From an uncultured candidate division Zixibacteria bacterium (GTDB taxonomy: Bacteria > Zixibacteria > MSB-5A5 > GN15 > FEB-12), in the NCBI GenBank assembly GCA_963735035.1, contig CAVTJJ010000004.1, forward strand, positions 1,567,896 through 1,631,895: DNA of 64,000 nucleotides, given 5' to 3'. A model generated the notes under the pieces. It did not search any database. It saw only the letters and a program-made list of their open reading frames with translations, and had not been told where the DNA came from. A program made the position numbers and the translations under genes. This document shows, piece after piece, positions 1-9,725 of the stretch (within the stretch, counting starts at the first letter, position 1; each line of letters opens with the position of its first letter).

Positions 1-2
1 CT

Positions 3-725
3 TCAAAGTATGGCGTATCGCAGTACGCTATTTTGGAATCAAACCACCTGAGTTCCAGAGCGACAATCATCGCCGGGAAAACCCTGATTGTTCCGGTACC
101 CCTTGACGGGGAAAAGGGGTGGCAGGGCGGCACCAAGAAACGGGAATATGCGGCCGAAGGATCGGTCTACACGGTTCGCCAGGGCGACACCATGTGGGAT
201 ATCGCCCGGGCCTTTGGTACTTCGGTTGACGCTCTCCGTCGGGTGAACTACATCGAGCGCGGCGGACGCCTGTATGTCGGTCAGAGGCTCAAGATTCCGG
301 CTGACGCCTCCAATTTCAAGCAACTCAACCAGCCGCCCACTTCTCCCAGCTATGCCGCCGAAAAATCGGCAGCGGCCTCAACGCCACAAGTGGTAATGGG
401 CTCGACCGGGACGAAAAGCCACAAAGTTCGCGTTGGCGACTCGCTGTGGGAGATCGCCCGCAAGTACGGTACTACCACGGCCAATCTTCGCCGCTTGAAC
501 AACCTGGGTCGCACCGGACGCATTTACCCCGGACAGGTGCTGCAGGTGGGGACGGAGACGTCAAGCGCTATCGACTATGTCATATATACGGTCCAGCAAG
601 GTGACAGCCTGGCGGGGATCGCCAAGCAGTTCGGGATTTCGATCTCTACTATTCTATCACTTAACGAATTGGACGATCCGGACAATCTGCAGGTAGGCCA
701 GATACTCAAAATTCAACCGCAGTGA
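3..725 (+). CDS. Multi-LysM peptidoglycan-binding protein, 5'-partial (likely C-terminus of an MltD-like lytic transglycosylase)
   Basis: Frame open from the window edge; three complete LysM repeats (YTVRQGDTMWDIARAFG, HKVRVGDSLWEIARKYG, YTVQQGDSLAGIAKQFG) plus a partial one at the start. Confidence 0.85.
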   Translation, partial: SKYGVSQYAILESNHLSSRATIIAGKTLIVPVPLDGEKGWQGGTKKREYAAEGSVYTVRQGDTMWDIARAFGTSVDALRRVNYIERGGRLYVGQRLKIPADASNFKQLNQPPTSPSYAAEKSAAASTPQVVMGSTGTKSHKVRVGDSLWEIARKYGTTTANLRRLNNLGRTGRIYPGQVLQVGTETSSAIDYVIYTVQQGDSLAGIAKQFGISISTILSLNELDDPDNLQVGQILKIQPQ

Positions 726-737
726 CAGGAGCATAGG

Positions 738-1640
738 ATGGCTCGCAGGCGAGATGTCGTAATTGGAGTGATTATTGGCGCCGCGTTTCTGATGGTTTTC
801 GGGATGGTGGCGCTGATGTTTACGGGGGCGTTGATGTCCGACGGCGATGTGACTCTGGGGTCGCTCGGCGGTTCGGTGGGCATTGTCCCGATGTACGGTG
901 TTATCGATGAATCCTCCGGGCGTCCGGTAATCGAAACCCTGGAGCGATGGCGCGATACCAAGTCTATCAAGGCCATCGTACTTCATGTCAATTCCCCGGG
1001 TGGCGGCACGGCCATTTCGCAGGAAATCCATGACGAAATAATCCGCGTTCGCGATAAGAAACCGGTGATAGTTTCTATGGCCGAAGTGGCCGCATCGGGA
1101 GGATATTATATCTCCTGCGCCGCCGATCGGATCGTAGCCAACCCTGGAACGGTCACCGGCTCGATAGGTGTCATTATCTCGTTTCATACCTTCGCCGGGG
1201 TTTTCGACAAGATCGGAATCGGCACCGAAACGGTCAAATCGGGCGAGTTCAAGGACGTTGGCAACTACTCCCGGGATATGACCGAGGACGAAAAACTGAT
1301 GCTTCAGTCGGTCGTGGCTGACAGCTACGAGCAGTTTGTCGAGGCGGTAGTCGAGGGCCGGGGGATGGAGCGGGAAGACGTCTACGCGGTCGCGGACGGG
1401 TCAATTTATACGGGCCTACAGGCCCATAATCTCGGTCTGGTGGACAGTCTGGGTGGTCTGAGCGACGCTGTCCGGATGGCCGGGAACATGGCCGGCCTGG
1501 GCGACGAACCGGACGTTGTCCGCCCCCGGGAAAAGCGCCGAAGTTACCTCTCAGACCTCCTTTCAGGGGTCCTGGGTGATATCGGCCAGCAGGTCCAGGG
1601 TGCTTCAGTCGGTCCCCGACTGGAGTATATTTACAAGTAA
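738..1640 (+). CDS. sppA: Signal peptide peptidase SppA (S49)
   Basis: N-terminal TM; VNSPGG, AASGGYYI, TGSIGV, KSGEFKD motifs. Confidence 0.93.
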   Translation: MARRRDVVIGVIIGAAFLMVFGMVALMFTGALMSDGDVTLGSLGGSVGIVPMYGVIDESSGRPVIETLERWRDTKSIKAIVLHVNSPGGGTAISQEIHDEIIRVRDKKPVIVSMAEVAASGGYYISCAADRIVANPGTVTGSIGVIISFHTFAGVFDKIGIGTETVKSGEFKDVGNYSRDMTEDEKLMLQSVVADSYEQFVEAVVEGRGMEREDVYAVADGSIYTGLQAHNLGLVDSLGGLSDAVRMAGNMAGLGDEPDVVRPREKRRSYLSDLLSGVLGDIGQQVQGASVGPRLEYIYK

Positions 1641-1821
1641 ATGGACAAAAAAAGTGAGCCGGAGTCGAAATTTTCACTTGGCTTACTGATTGATTTTATT
1701 ATCTTCCCACGTCCCAAGGGCTTAACCCTGGGGTTGCTCGACGGTCAGTTGTGTGTGGCCGTCGTTGAAAGAGGATAAAAGAGAGCTGTTGAACATAGAG
1801 AGACTTGAGAGGGAATAAGCT

Positions 1822-2106
1822 GTGACCAAAGCCGATTTAGTCGAGAAGGTAGCCGAACGCACGGGGCTCACCCGAACCGACGTGGCCGTTGTAGTCGATT
1901 CTTTTCTGGAGACAGTGAAGAAGTCGGTGGAGGCTGGGCACAATATTGAGATCCGTGGTTTTGGCACTTTTAAGATCAAGTTGCGCAAGGCCAGGAAAGC
2001 TCGTAATCCCCGTACGGGAGACGTTGTTCCAGTCCCTGATCGCAAGGTGCCGGTGTTCAAGCCCTCCAATGAATTTAAGAACATGATTACTAAGCTGTCG
2101 CTGTAG
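1822..2106 (+). CDS. HU/IHF family DNA-binding protein
   Basis: MTKADLV...IEIRGFGTF...ARNPRTG...PVFKPS. Confidence 0.95.
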   Translation: MTKADLVEKVAERTGLTRTDVAVVVDSFLETVKKSVEAGHNIEIRGFGTFKIKLRKARKARNPRTGDVVPVPDRKVPVFKPSNEFKNMITKLSL

Positions 2107-2134
2107 CAGCGGCAGGAACCCACACGGAGGCTGA

Positions 2135-2230
2135 ATGCCAAGCGGAAAAAAGCGCAAGCGTCAAAAGATCAAGACGCACAAGCGCAAGAAACGCAGACGC
2201 GCCGATCGTCATAAGAAGAAGATCCGTTAG
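2135..2230 (+). CDS. Small basic ribosomal protein bS22 (AURKAIP1/COX24/mS38-like), 31 aa, not in ORF track
   Basis: GGAGG RBS at 2126-2130, then MPSGKKRKRQKIKTHKRKKRRRADRHKKKIR*, matching the MPxGKKRKRxKxxxHKRKKR pattern of the family. Confidence 0.85.
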   Translation: MPSGKKRKRQKIKTHKRKKRRRADRHKKKIR

Positions 2231-2373
2231 CAGCGGCGGAAAATAACTCCGCCGCACGCGGAACTGGTTTCCTTCGAACGGTTTTCGCTGTTTGGACCGA
2301 GACTGGGGAAGTTGCCGGCTGGAGTTCACAAGACCCCAACTGACAACGACATACCAGACATATCCAAAATGTG

Positions 2374-2402
2374 TGCCCGCCCCACAAGGGTGGGCATTCT
2401 TG
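2374..2402 (+). terminator. Probable intrinsic terminator after HU-bS22
   Basis: TGCCCGCC-CCACAAG-GGTGGGCA hairpin followed by TTCTTG. Confidence 0.5.
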
Positions 2403-2419
2403 TTGCCTTCACGGAGACC

Positions 2420-5287
2420 GTGAACTATGCGAAGAACTGCCTATTAACTATTGTTGTCCTGGTCGTACTGTGTGCGGCTGGCAGTGTCCTGGCGGACAAG
2501 ACCGATTTTCTGGTGAACGACGATCACTCGGTTGTCGAACAGGACCACCCCCGCATCGCCGTTTCCGGCGACGGTGACTTTGTCATCGTTTGGGTGGATC
2601 GACGGTCCGGCTCGGCCGACATCTTTCTTCAACGATATACTTCCCTCGGCGCTACCATCGGTGTCAACCGCCGTCTAAACGACGACACCGGCACCGCCTA
2701 TCAGTCCGAGGCTTCCGTAGCAGTCGATCTAGGCGGTCAGTACTCGGTCGTTTGGAAGGATTACCGCAACGGGACTTATCCGTTCGATCCCGATGTCTAT
2801 CTCCAACGGCTCGATACTTCTTTGACGTCGCTCGGGACCAACTCCGTTCTGACCGTCGAGTTACCCGATTCATTGAAAGAAACACCCGATGTGGCCCTCT
2901 CGCAGTGGGGGAACGGGGTAGTGGTCTGGGCGGACTATCGCAACCGGAATTGGGACATCTACGGGCAATTGATTGCCGCTGACGGGTCCCGTATCGGATC
3001 CAATTTTATCGTCAACATCGATGGCGGTGTGACCCAGCAGCATGCTCCGAGAGTTGCGGTTTCTCCAGAAGGTTGGTTTGTGGTAACCTGGTACGACAGC
3101 CGTAACGGCAATGATGATATCTACGTGCAGAGATTTGACGCCTCGGCTAATCGCCTGGGCACCAATGTAAAGATCAATTCCGACCCCGGTACGTCACGGC
3201 AGGCTTTCCCCGACGTCGCCTGTGACGGCGCGGGGCACTTCACGGTCGTTTGGGTCGACTGGCGCAACGGCGTCTATCCGGCCAATCCCGATATCTACGC
3301 CCGCAAGTTCGATACTACCATGACTCCGGTGGCGGTCGACGCCATGGTCAACCGGGATGGCAGCCGTCGCGCTCAGCGCGAACCGACTATCGCCGCCGAC
3401 CGCAGAGGTAACGTGGCCATCATCTGGTCTGATTCCTCGGGTGCGGCCGAGTTGTTCGACATAGTCGGACAGATGATCGATGTCGATGGTGTTATCCGAG
3501 AGGAAAATTTCCAAGCCAACACGGAATCTGATTCGGCGCAACTGCAGGCCGATGTCGCCCTCGACGGCCGCAATAGGTACATCACCTGGGCTGACAAGCG
3601 CAATGGCAACTATGACATATATGCTTCAATCACGCAGTACAACGACCCGACTCTCGTGCCCACTCCAGCAGCCCTTCAGTTCGACATGCTCGTCGGAGGG
3701 ACGCTCCCACCCGCCCAACAACTTCAGATCGATCACTACGGTTACAATTCGCTCAATTTCCGGGTGCTGAGATCGCAAAGTTGGTTGCAGGTTACCCCGT
3801 CTTCCGGGGTGACTCCGGCCACGGTCAACGTATCAATTGCCACTGATACCCTGCCATTTGGAACTTATGTCGCGACATTGACCTTGCACGATGTCAGCAA
3901 CAATGATTCGACGGTTCAGGTATCGGTACGACTCAACGTCGCCTCCACGATATTGCAGTTGTCCGAAGACACGCTTCATTTTCAGGTGTTCGGCGGTATT
4001 AACGATGAAGATTCTCAGACGCTAACCATATCGAATCCCGGTGTGGGAGAGCTGAACTGGGCGGCAGTTGAAGCTATCGACTGGTTGCAGGTTGATCCCG
4101 CAAGCGGACCGAATAGCTCTCTTGTGACTATGACAGTCAACGGGCTGACTCTCACCGAGGGGACGCTGCTCGATTCGATAGTAATTCAGGCTGATGGGGC
4201 AACAAACTCGCACGCCACGGTATGGCTCAGGGTGGATGTCGCCGCCAATCGGCCTTATCTCCAGCTTGACCCGGACAGTCTGTTCATAGCTACTGAGAAT
4301 CCGGCGGCTGAGTCTGCCTATGCCGTTGTTCGCAACGCCGGATCAGGGTCACTGGCGTGGACGGCGGTTTCCAATGCTTCGTGGCTAATTCTGAGTCCGA
4401 GCACCGGCATAGATAACGATACGGTCAATTTCTCGATCGATAGCACCGGCTTGACTCCGGGCCGCTACGTATCCAGTGTGACCTTCTCCGATCCGGGCGC
4501 ATATCACCCGATTGTCACACTGCCGTTTGTTCTCGATTATCTGGCGATTGGGAATGACACGATTATTGTCGCCGATCTCGCCATGGCCCCCGGAGAGAGC
4601 GATTCTCTTCCGGTGCTTCTGGTGCTGCACAACTCGACACACCAAGTCGAACTGCCGCTGTCATACAATGCACAATTGGCCTCGATCAGCTCGGTGAGCT
4701 TTGGGACAGGGCTGCCGGCATACATGACCGGAGCCCTCACACTCGATTCGGCCCAGGGACTGGCATCGATTGTAGTTTCAAGTTCTCCGACGGACAGCCT
4801 TCTGGCGCCGGGTAGTTATCCGGTCTGGCTTCATCTGACTGCCGGGGCCGGCACGGGAGTCTTTGAGCTTGGCGAAGCTTCTGCGGTAAATCTGGCTGCG
4901 GCAGTGGTCGATTCGGGCGGTGTGCGGTATCATCCGACCGTGTTGCCGGGTCAGGTGCGAATAGAGGGCGCCACAGCCGTCGAGCCCGATCCGGTGGTCG
5001 AGCTACCGACCTCGTTTGCGCTCGCACAGAATTTCCCGAACCCGTTCAACCCAACTACTTCAATTGTTTTTCAAGTTCCCCGTCTGGCCGAAGTCCAGGT
5101 GGAGGTATTCAATATTCTCGGGCAAAGAGTTGCTCTGCTGGCCCAGGGAATATACCCCGCCGGTACGCATACCGTGTTGTGGGACACCAGGTTAAGCGAT
5201 GTTCGCGAGGCTCCGTCGGGCATCTATTTCTATCGCCTTCAGGCCCCGGGCGTATCGCTGGTTCGCAAGATGATCCTCATTAAATAG
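2420..5287 (+). CDS. Large secreted protein: beta-repeat N-domain, BACON-like Ig repeats, cohesin-like domain, T9SS-type A/FlgD-like C-terminal sorting domain
   Basis: GTG start 2420 after GGAG; signal peptide; repeated P.VA...G.F.VVW.D.RNG...DIY; WL.V.P.SG BACON-like repeats; QNFPNPFNP...SGIYFYRL...KMILIK end. Confidence 0.8.
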   Translation: MNYAKNCLLTIVVLVVLCAAGSVLADKTDFLVNDDHSVVEQDHPRIAVSGDGDFVIVWVDRRSGSADIFLQRYTSLGATIGVNRRLNDDTGTAYQSEASVAVDLGGQYSVVWKDYRNGTYPFDPDVYLQRLDTSLTSLGTNSVLTVELPDSLKETPDVALSQWGNGVVVWADYRNRNWDIYGQLIAADGSRIGSNFIVNIDGGVTQQHAPRVAVSPEGWFVVTWYDSRNGNDDIYVQRFDASANRLGTNVKINSDPGTSRQAFPDVACDGAGHFTVVWVDWRNGVYPANPDIYARKFDTTMTPVAVDAMVNRDGSRRAQREPTIAADRRGNVAIIWSDSSGAAELFDIVGQMIDVDGVIREENFQANTESDSAQLQADVALDGRNRYITWADKRNGNYDIYASITQYNDPTLVPTPAALQFDMLVGGTLPPAQQLQIDHYGYNSLNFRVLRSQSWLQVTPSSGVTPATVNVSIATDTLPFGTYVATLTLHDVSNNDSTVQVSVRLNVASTILQLSEDTLHFQVFGGINDEDSQTLTISNPGVGELNWAAVEAIDWLQVDPASGPNSSLVTMTVNGLTLTEGTLLDSIVIQADGATNSHATVWLRVDVAANRPYLQLDPDSLFIATENPAAESAYAVVRNAGSGSLAWTAVSNASWLILSPSTGIDNDTVNFSIDSTGLTPGRYVSSVTFSDPGAYHPIVTLPFVLDYLAIGNDTIIVADLAMAPGESDSLPVLLVLHNSTHQVELPLSYNAQLASISSVSFGTGLPAYMTGALTLDSAQGLASIVVSSSPTDSLLAPGSYPVWLHLTAGAGTGVFELGEASAVNLAAAVVDSGGVRYHPTVLPGQVRIEGATAVEPDPVVELPTSFALAQNFPNPFNPTTSIVFQVPRLAEVQVEVFNILGQRVALLAQGIYPAGTHTVLWDTRLSDVREAPSGIYFYRLQAPGVSLVRKMILIK

Positions 5288-5390
5288 CTGCCAGTGTGGT
5301 CGCGTATTGAAAAAGTACCGACTCTAACAAAACTTCCGCCCTCATTTTTCGTATTGAAGTTCAACGACAGCTACGAAGGTCGGAGGTTGG

Positions 5391-6647
5391 ATGGCGAAAC
5401 TAAAAGTATTGTTGATCGGGTTCCTCGCGGTACTGTTTGGCGCCGCATTGGTCAAGGCCGACAATTCCGGCCGCATTTATGGCAAGATTCACACCGTCGA
5501 CGGGGAGACTTTTGAAGGACTCATTCGCTGGGACAAGAACGAAGGTTCCTGGGTGGATATACTCGACGGTACCCGTGATCGTGATGACCGCGAACGAAGC
5601 AGTCATGATCGTTCCACTCGCCGCAAATACGGTCGGAAATCTACGGTCAACTTCTTCGGCATCAAAATCAATCAGGATCAGGACGGATCTTACATTCTGT
5701 CAGAGTCATCTTCGGAGTCAGGGATCAGATTTGGACATCTGAAGTCACTTGAGGCAATCGGCGATGATCGCGCTTTGCTGACTCTTAAGAGCGGGCGGGA
5801 GGTCGAGTTCTACAACGGGTCTACTGATATCGGCTCTTCGATCCGTGAAATAGTCCTGGAAGACGCCAACGAAGGCGAAATCGAATTTTCCTGGGAAGAT
5901 ATCGAGCTGATCGAATTCAGTGACGCGGACTTTCCCAAACCTTCGGTTTTCGGTGACCGGCTTTATGGCACGTTGACGGCTCGTCGTGGAGAATCGTATA
6001 CCGGGTTTGTTTGCTGGGATGTTGACGAATTGTTCAATGAAGACATTCTCGATGGTGACGACCAGAGGCGTGGCCGAAAGATTGCGTTTAGTAAAGTGGC
6101 GTCGATTTCGCGCTACAGTTCCAGTGGGGCCGAGTTGGTCATGAAGTCCGGCGATACGGTGGTCTTGCGCGGTTCCAATGATGTCGACAGCGACAACCGG
6201 GGTATTACTATCTGCGATCCGGGATTCGGACAGGTGACTGTAGCCTGGGATGACTTCGAAAAGCTCGATCTGAAGACTCCACCGAGCGTACCCAAATATT
6301 CGGATTTTGACGGCGGTCGCCGGCTGCACGGAACCGTCTTTACTGAGACGGGCGAGAAGTATACCGGTGACATATGCTGGGATGATGACGAAGAGTACAC
6401 TTGGGAAATGCTCGACGGCGGCTACCGAGACATGGATTTCAAGATTGAGTTCGGCCTGGTCAAGAAAGTTGAAAAGAGCACCGGCCAATCTTCGGAAGTG
6501 ACCGTCGCGGACGGGCGGATGTTCCGGCTGCGCGGCTCCAACGATGTCGACGAGGACAACAAAGGGATAATAATCACGCCGACCAAAGGCGACGATGTCT
6601 TCGTTGATTGGGAAGATTTTTCGCACGTTGAGTTTGACAACAAGTAA
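5391..6647 (+). CDS. Secreted hypothetical protein with three ~125-aa tandem repeats
   Basis: GGAGG RBS; signal peptide (...LVKA); repeated G..(F/Y).G...WD..E......LDG, RGSNDVD.DN.GI and W(E/D)D(F/I) units. Confidence 0.8.
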   Translation: MAKLKVLLIGFLAVLFGAALVKADNSGRIYGKIHTVDGETFEGLIRWDKNEGSWVDILDGTRDRDDRERSSHDRSTRRKYGRKSTVNFFGIKINQDQDGSYILSESSSESGIRFGHLKSLEAIGDDRALLTLKSGREVEFYNGSTDIGSSIREIVLEDANEGEIEFSWEDIELIEFSDADFPKPSVFGDRLYGTLTARRGESYTGFVCWDVDELFNEDILDGDDQRRGRKIAFSKVASISRYSSSGAELVMKSGDTVVLRGSNDVDSDNRGITICDPGFGQVTVAWDDFEKLDLKTPPSVPKYSDFDGGRRLHGTVFTETGEKYTGDICWDDDEEYTWEMLDGGYRDMDFKIEFGLVKKVEKSTGQSSEVTVADGRMFRLRGSNDVDEDNKGIIITPTKGDDVFVDWEDFSHVEFDNK

Positions 6648-6670
6648 CCCCCTGTAGGTCTTAGTGCCTC

Positions 6671-6705
6671 AAACCCCGCAGTTGGATTGCCACTGCGGGG
6701 TTTTT
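6671..6705 (+). terminator. Intrinsic terminator
   Basis: AAACCCCGCAG...CTGCGGGGTTTTT. Confidence 0.8.
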
Positions 6706-6726
6706 CATTTGGCGAAGCAGTAATTG

Positions 6727-6754
6727 AAAAAGCCCCGGCGATTAGCCGGGGCTT
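6727..6754 (-). terminator. Intrinsic terminator for the convergent TPR gene
   Basis: AAAAAGCCCCGGC-GATTA-GCCGGGGCTT; U-tract on the minus strand. Confidence 0.8.
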
Positions 6755-6791
6755 CTTGATTAGACAACGGTCTTCTTACTTCCCGACGTTG

Positions 6792-7688
6792 CTACATTTT
6801 GGCTTTGCGATCCTGCAGATCTTTCACATGCTGCTCGGCCGTGGCCACGTCGGTCTTAGCCTTGGCGTTGTTCCTGGCGGTTCGGATGAAAGCGTTCCAG
6901 TTGGCGATATTGTTGTCGAAATCATCCGGAGCCTGTGATTCCATCGCGACCGCGTAATTGTACGAAGCCTGATATTTGTCAGGTTCGGCCTGCATGGCTG
7001 CTTTGAACGAGGAGGCAGCTTTCGTGAACTTCTGCTGGCCGAGATATATCTGGCCCAAAGCAAACTGAGCGTTGTAGCTCTTGGCGTTGAAGGTAAGCGC
7101 TTTCTCCAGAGCCGCTATGGCCTGGGTTTCCTTTTCCTGTTTTTGATAAGATTTGCCCAGGTAGTAGTAGGTCGCTTCGTTGCCGCCGCCGAGGGAATGG
7201 CACTTCTCAAAAGAGGTGATGGCATCAGCGTACTTGTTGCCGATGTACTGAACTTTGCCGAGCTCCGTGAGGATTTCCTGGTCATCCGGCTTTAGAGCCA
7301 GAGCCGACTTGAACGCCTCTTCAGCTTCGACCCGCCGCTTCAGTTGGTTTTGGACGCGTCCCAGGTTGGCGAAGCCGTCGACATTCTTCGGGTCCTTCTC
7401 CACCACTTTGCGGAACTGCTCCAGAGCTTCGTCATATTTCTGCGTCTGGAAATAGATCGCTCCAAGGTTGAGATAGGCATCGATCATATTAGGATCCTTG
7501 TTGATGGCGGCCGCAAACATCGAGATGGCCAACTCCATCTTGCCGGCCTTCATTTGGGTAATGCCCTCGTTGAACGATTCCTTGGCCATTGTGGCGTTGT
7601 CAGCTTGCGCCTGACACAAACCGGAGAAGACAAGGACGGCAATTACGACCGATACGACGAAGAAGTAAGGTACGCGACGAAACATCAT
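6792..7688 (-). CDS. Secreted tetratricopeptide repeat protein
   Basis: Signal peptide followed by several TPRs (AYLNLGAIY, NLGRVQ, ELGKVQY, YYLGKSY, FALGQIY); AAAGGA RBS. Confidence 0.85.
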   Translation of the reverse strand: MMFRRVPYFFVVSVVIAVLVFSGLCQAQADNATMAKESFNEGITQMKAGKMELAISMFAAAINKDPNMIDAYLNLGAIYFQTQKYDEALEQFRKVVEKDPKNVDGFANLGRVQNQLKRRVEAEEAFKSALALKPDDQEILTELGKVQYIGNKYADAITSFEKCHSLGGGNEATYYYLGKSYQKQEKETQAIAALEKALTFNAKSYNAQFALGQIYLGQQKFTKAASSFKAAMQAEPDKYQASYNYAVAMESQAPDDFDNNIANWNAFIRTARNNAKAKTDVATAEQHVKDLQDRKAKM

Positions 7689-7756
7689 GGTTCCTTTCAT
7701 TATCTCAAAACCTACATTGTAGTACAATCTAACCACGCTATTTGATCCAAACCTGT

Positions 7757-8206
7757 TCAGAGGGCCGACCGGTGCTTTTCCAGAGCCATCTTGATTTCAG
7801 GGTATTTCAGGGCCAGAATCCGGGCGGCCAGGATGGCGGCGTTGGTCGCTCCGGGGGCGCCTATCGCCACGGCCGCCACTGGTATACCGGGAGGCATCTG
7901 GACGGTCGCCAGAAGGGCATCCAGGCCGCTGAGGGCGGCCGGGAGGGGGACGCCTATAACCGGCAAATTCGAGTGCGCCGCAACCACTCCAGGCAGGGCG
8001 GCGGCCAGTCCGGCCATCGCAATAATGACTTCGAATCCAGCCGAGGCGGCGCCCCGGGCAAGTTCAGCAGTGCGGTCGGGATGACGGTGCGCTGATGAAA
8101 TCTCCACCTGCGCCTCGATCCCAAGCGCCTGCAGTTGCTGCAACGCCCGTTCGGAATATTCGGTGTCCGATTTGGACCCCAACAGAATCAGGACTTTAGG
8201 CATCAT
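7757..8206 (-). CDS. purE: N5-carboxyaminoimidazole ribonucleotide mutase PurE
   Basis: GSKSD, SAHR, AGLAAALPGVVA, PVIGVP, VQMPPGIPVA motifs. Confidence 0.95.
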   Translation of the reverse strand: MMPKVLILLGSKSDTEYSERALQQLQALGIEAQVEISSAHRHPDRTAELARGAASAGFEVIIAMAGLAAALPGVVAAHSNLPVIGVPLPAALSGLDALLATVQMPPGIPVAAVAIGAPGATNAAILAARILALKYPEIKMALEKHRSAL

Positions 8207-9488
8207 TTTCTCTTTTCTGCTCGCCCAATACCCGGAATCCGATATCGCTGCGATAATGGACGCCGTCGAATCTAATCCGTTTCACGATTCGATATGTCTT
8301 GGCCAGAGCGGCCTTGAGATTCACATCCATGCCCATGACCCCCAGCACGCGGCCCCCGGCCGTGATCCACTGGTTATCTTCCTTGCGGGTGCCGGAGTGG
8401 AAGATATAGGCGCCGTCTTCGCGTACGTTCTGAAGCCCGGAAATCCGCTGGCCGGCGGTGTACTCGCCGGGGTAGCCCTTTGAAGCCATGATCACACAGG
8501 CGGCGGAACCCCGACGCCATTCCGGTTTGGGAAGTTTCTCCAACTGGCCGTCGACTGTGGCCTTCATAATGTCCAATAGGTCGGTCTTGAGCAAGGGAAG
8601 TACAACCTGGGTCTCAGGATCACCAAAGCGGCAGTTGAATTCCAGAACCTTGGGACCCGCTTCAGTCAGCATGATTCCGGCGTAGAGAACGCCGCGATAC
8701 GGAATGTTGTCCTTGCGCAGTCCGTTGATGACCGGCTCCAGAATAAACTGGGTAATCTCAGACATCGTCTTCTCGGTGATGAATTCCGCCGGGCAGTAGG
8801 CACCCATCCCACCGGTGTTCGGTCCCCGATCGCCGTCAAGGGCCTGCTTGTGGTCCTGACTGGGGAGGAGCGGAATATAGGTCTTGCCATCGGTGACAAT
8901 CATAATCGAAACTTCCTGCCCTTTCAGACAGGATTCGATTACGACTTTCGCGCCGGCCTGGCCGAATTTCTTGTCCACGAAGATTTCTTCGAGCGTGCGT
9001 GCCGCATCCTCGAAATTGTGAACGATCATGACTCCTTTACCGGCCGCCAGTCCGTCAATCTTGATGACGGTGGGATATTCGAGGCTTTTGCAGAAGCCGA
9101 TCGCTTCGGTGAGGTTATCGAAAACTTTGAAAGCTGCCGTGGGGATGTGATAACGCTGGAGAAATTCCTTGGCAAAAGCCTTGCTCGATTCGAGTCGAGC
9201 CCCCAGACGTTCGGGGCCGAACACTTTCAGTTTGCGGCGCTTGAATTCGTCGGCCAGACCGAGCGCCAGGGGCTGTTCCGGTCCCACTACGGTGAGATTG
9301 ATCTTGGAGCTGGACGCGAATTCAGCCAGGCGCATGACATCGTCGGCCCTGATGTTGACACACTTGGCTATCCGCATCATTCCGGCGTTGCCGGGGGCGC
9401 AATACAGCCGCTGAATCTTCTTCGATTGCTTTAGCTTCCAGGCGAGGGCGTGCTCGCGCCCGCCGGAGCCGATTATCAGAACCTTCAT
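8196..9488 (-). CDS. purD: Phosphoribosylamine-glycine ligase
   Basis: GSGGREHALAW, LESSKAFAK, DGLAAGKGV, GPNTGGMGAY, EFNCRFGDPE. Confidence 0.97.
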   Translation of the reverse strand: MKVLIIGSGGREHALAWKLKQSKKIQRLYCAPGNAGMMRIAKCVNIRADDVMRLAEFASSSKINLTVVGPEQPLALGLADEFKRRKLKVFGPERLGARLESSKAFAKEFLQRYHIPTAAFKVFDNLTEAIGFCKSLEYPTVIKIDGLAAGKGVMIVHNFEDAARTLEEIFVDKKFGQAGAKVVIESCLKGQEVSIMIVTDGKTYIPLLPSQDHKQALDGDRGPNTGGMGAYCPAEFITEKTMSEITQFILEPVINGLRKDNIPYRGVLYAGIMLTEAGPKVLEFNCRFGDPETQVVLPLLKTDLLDIMKATVDGQLEKLPKPEWRRGSAACVIMASKGYPGEYTAGQRISGLQNVREDGAYIFHSGTRKEDNQWITAGGRVLGVMGMDVNLKAALAKTYRIVKRIRFDGVHYRSDIGFRVLGEQKRENDA

Positions 9489-9725
9489 ACCCTGTTACCG
9501 CTCTTGCCAAAACTTATAATTTAGGGCACGACACGCGGTCAAAACAACCTGTTTTTTTGTCCGGGCGCCCTCGAATCTATTGGTCACACGAAGCAGAAAC
9601 TTCTGGACATAAGCAGTTGACAAGCCGTCTTGCTGTAGGTTATCTTCTCCGCTCGCTGGTATCGACCGGTGGTAGACAAGGTTTTGGGATACAAAGACAA
9701 ACCTACGGCGTTTGAGGTTACGGCA

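Noticed and set aside
2312..2419. Longer start for the large secreted protein
   Set aside because: The extension runs through a terminator-like hairpin; RBS and signal peptide fit GTG 2420.
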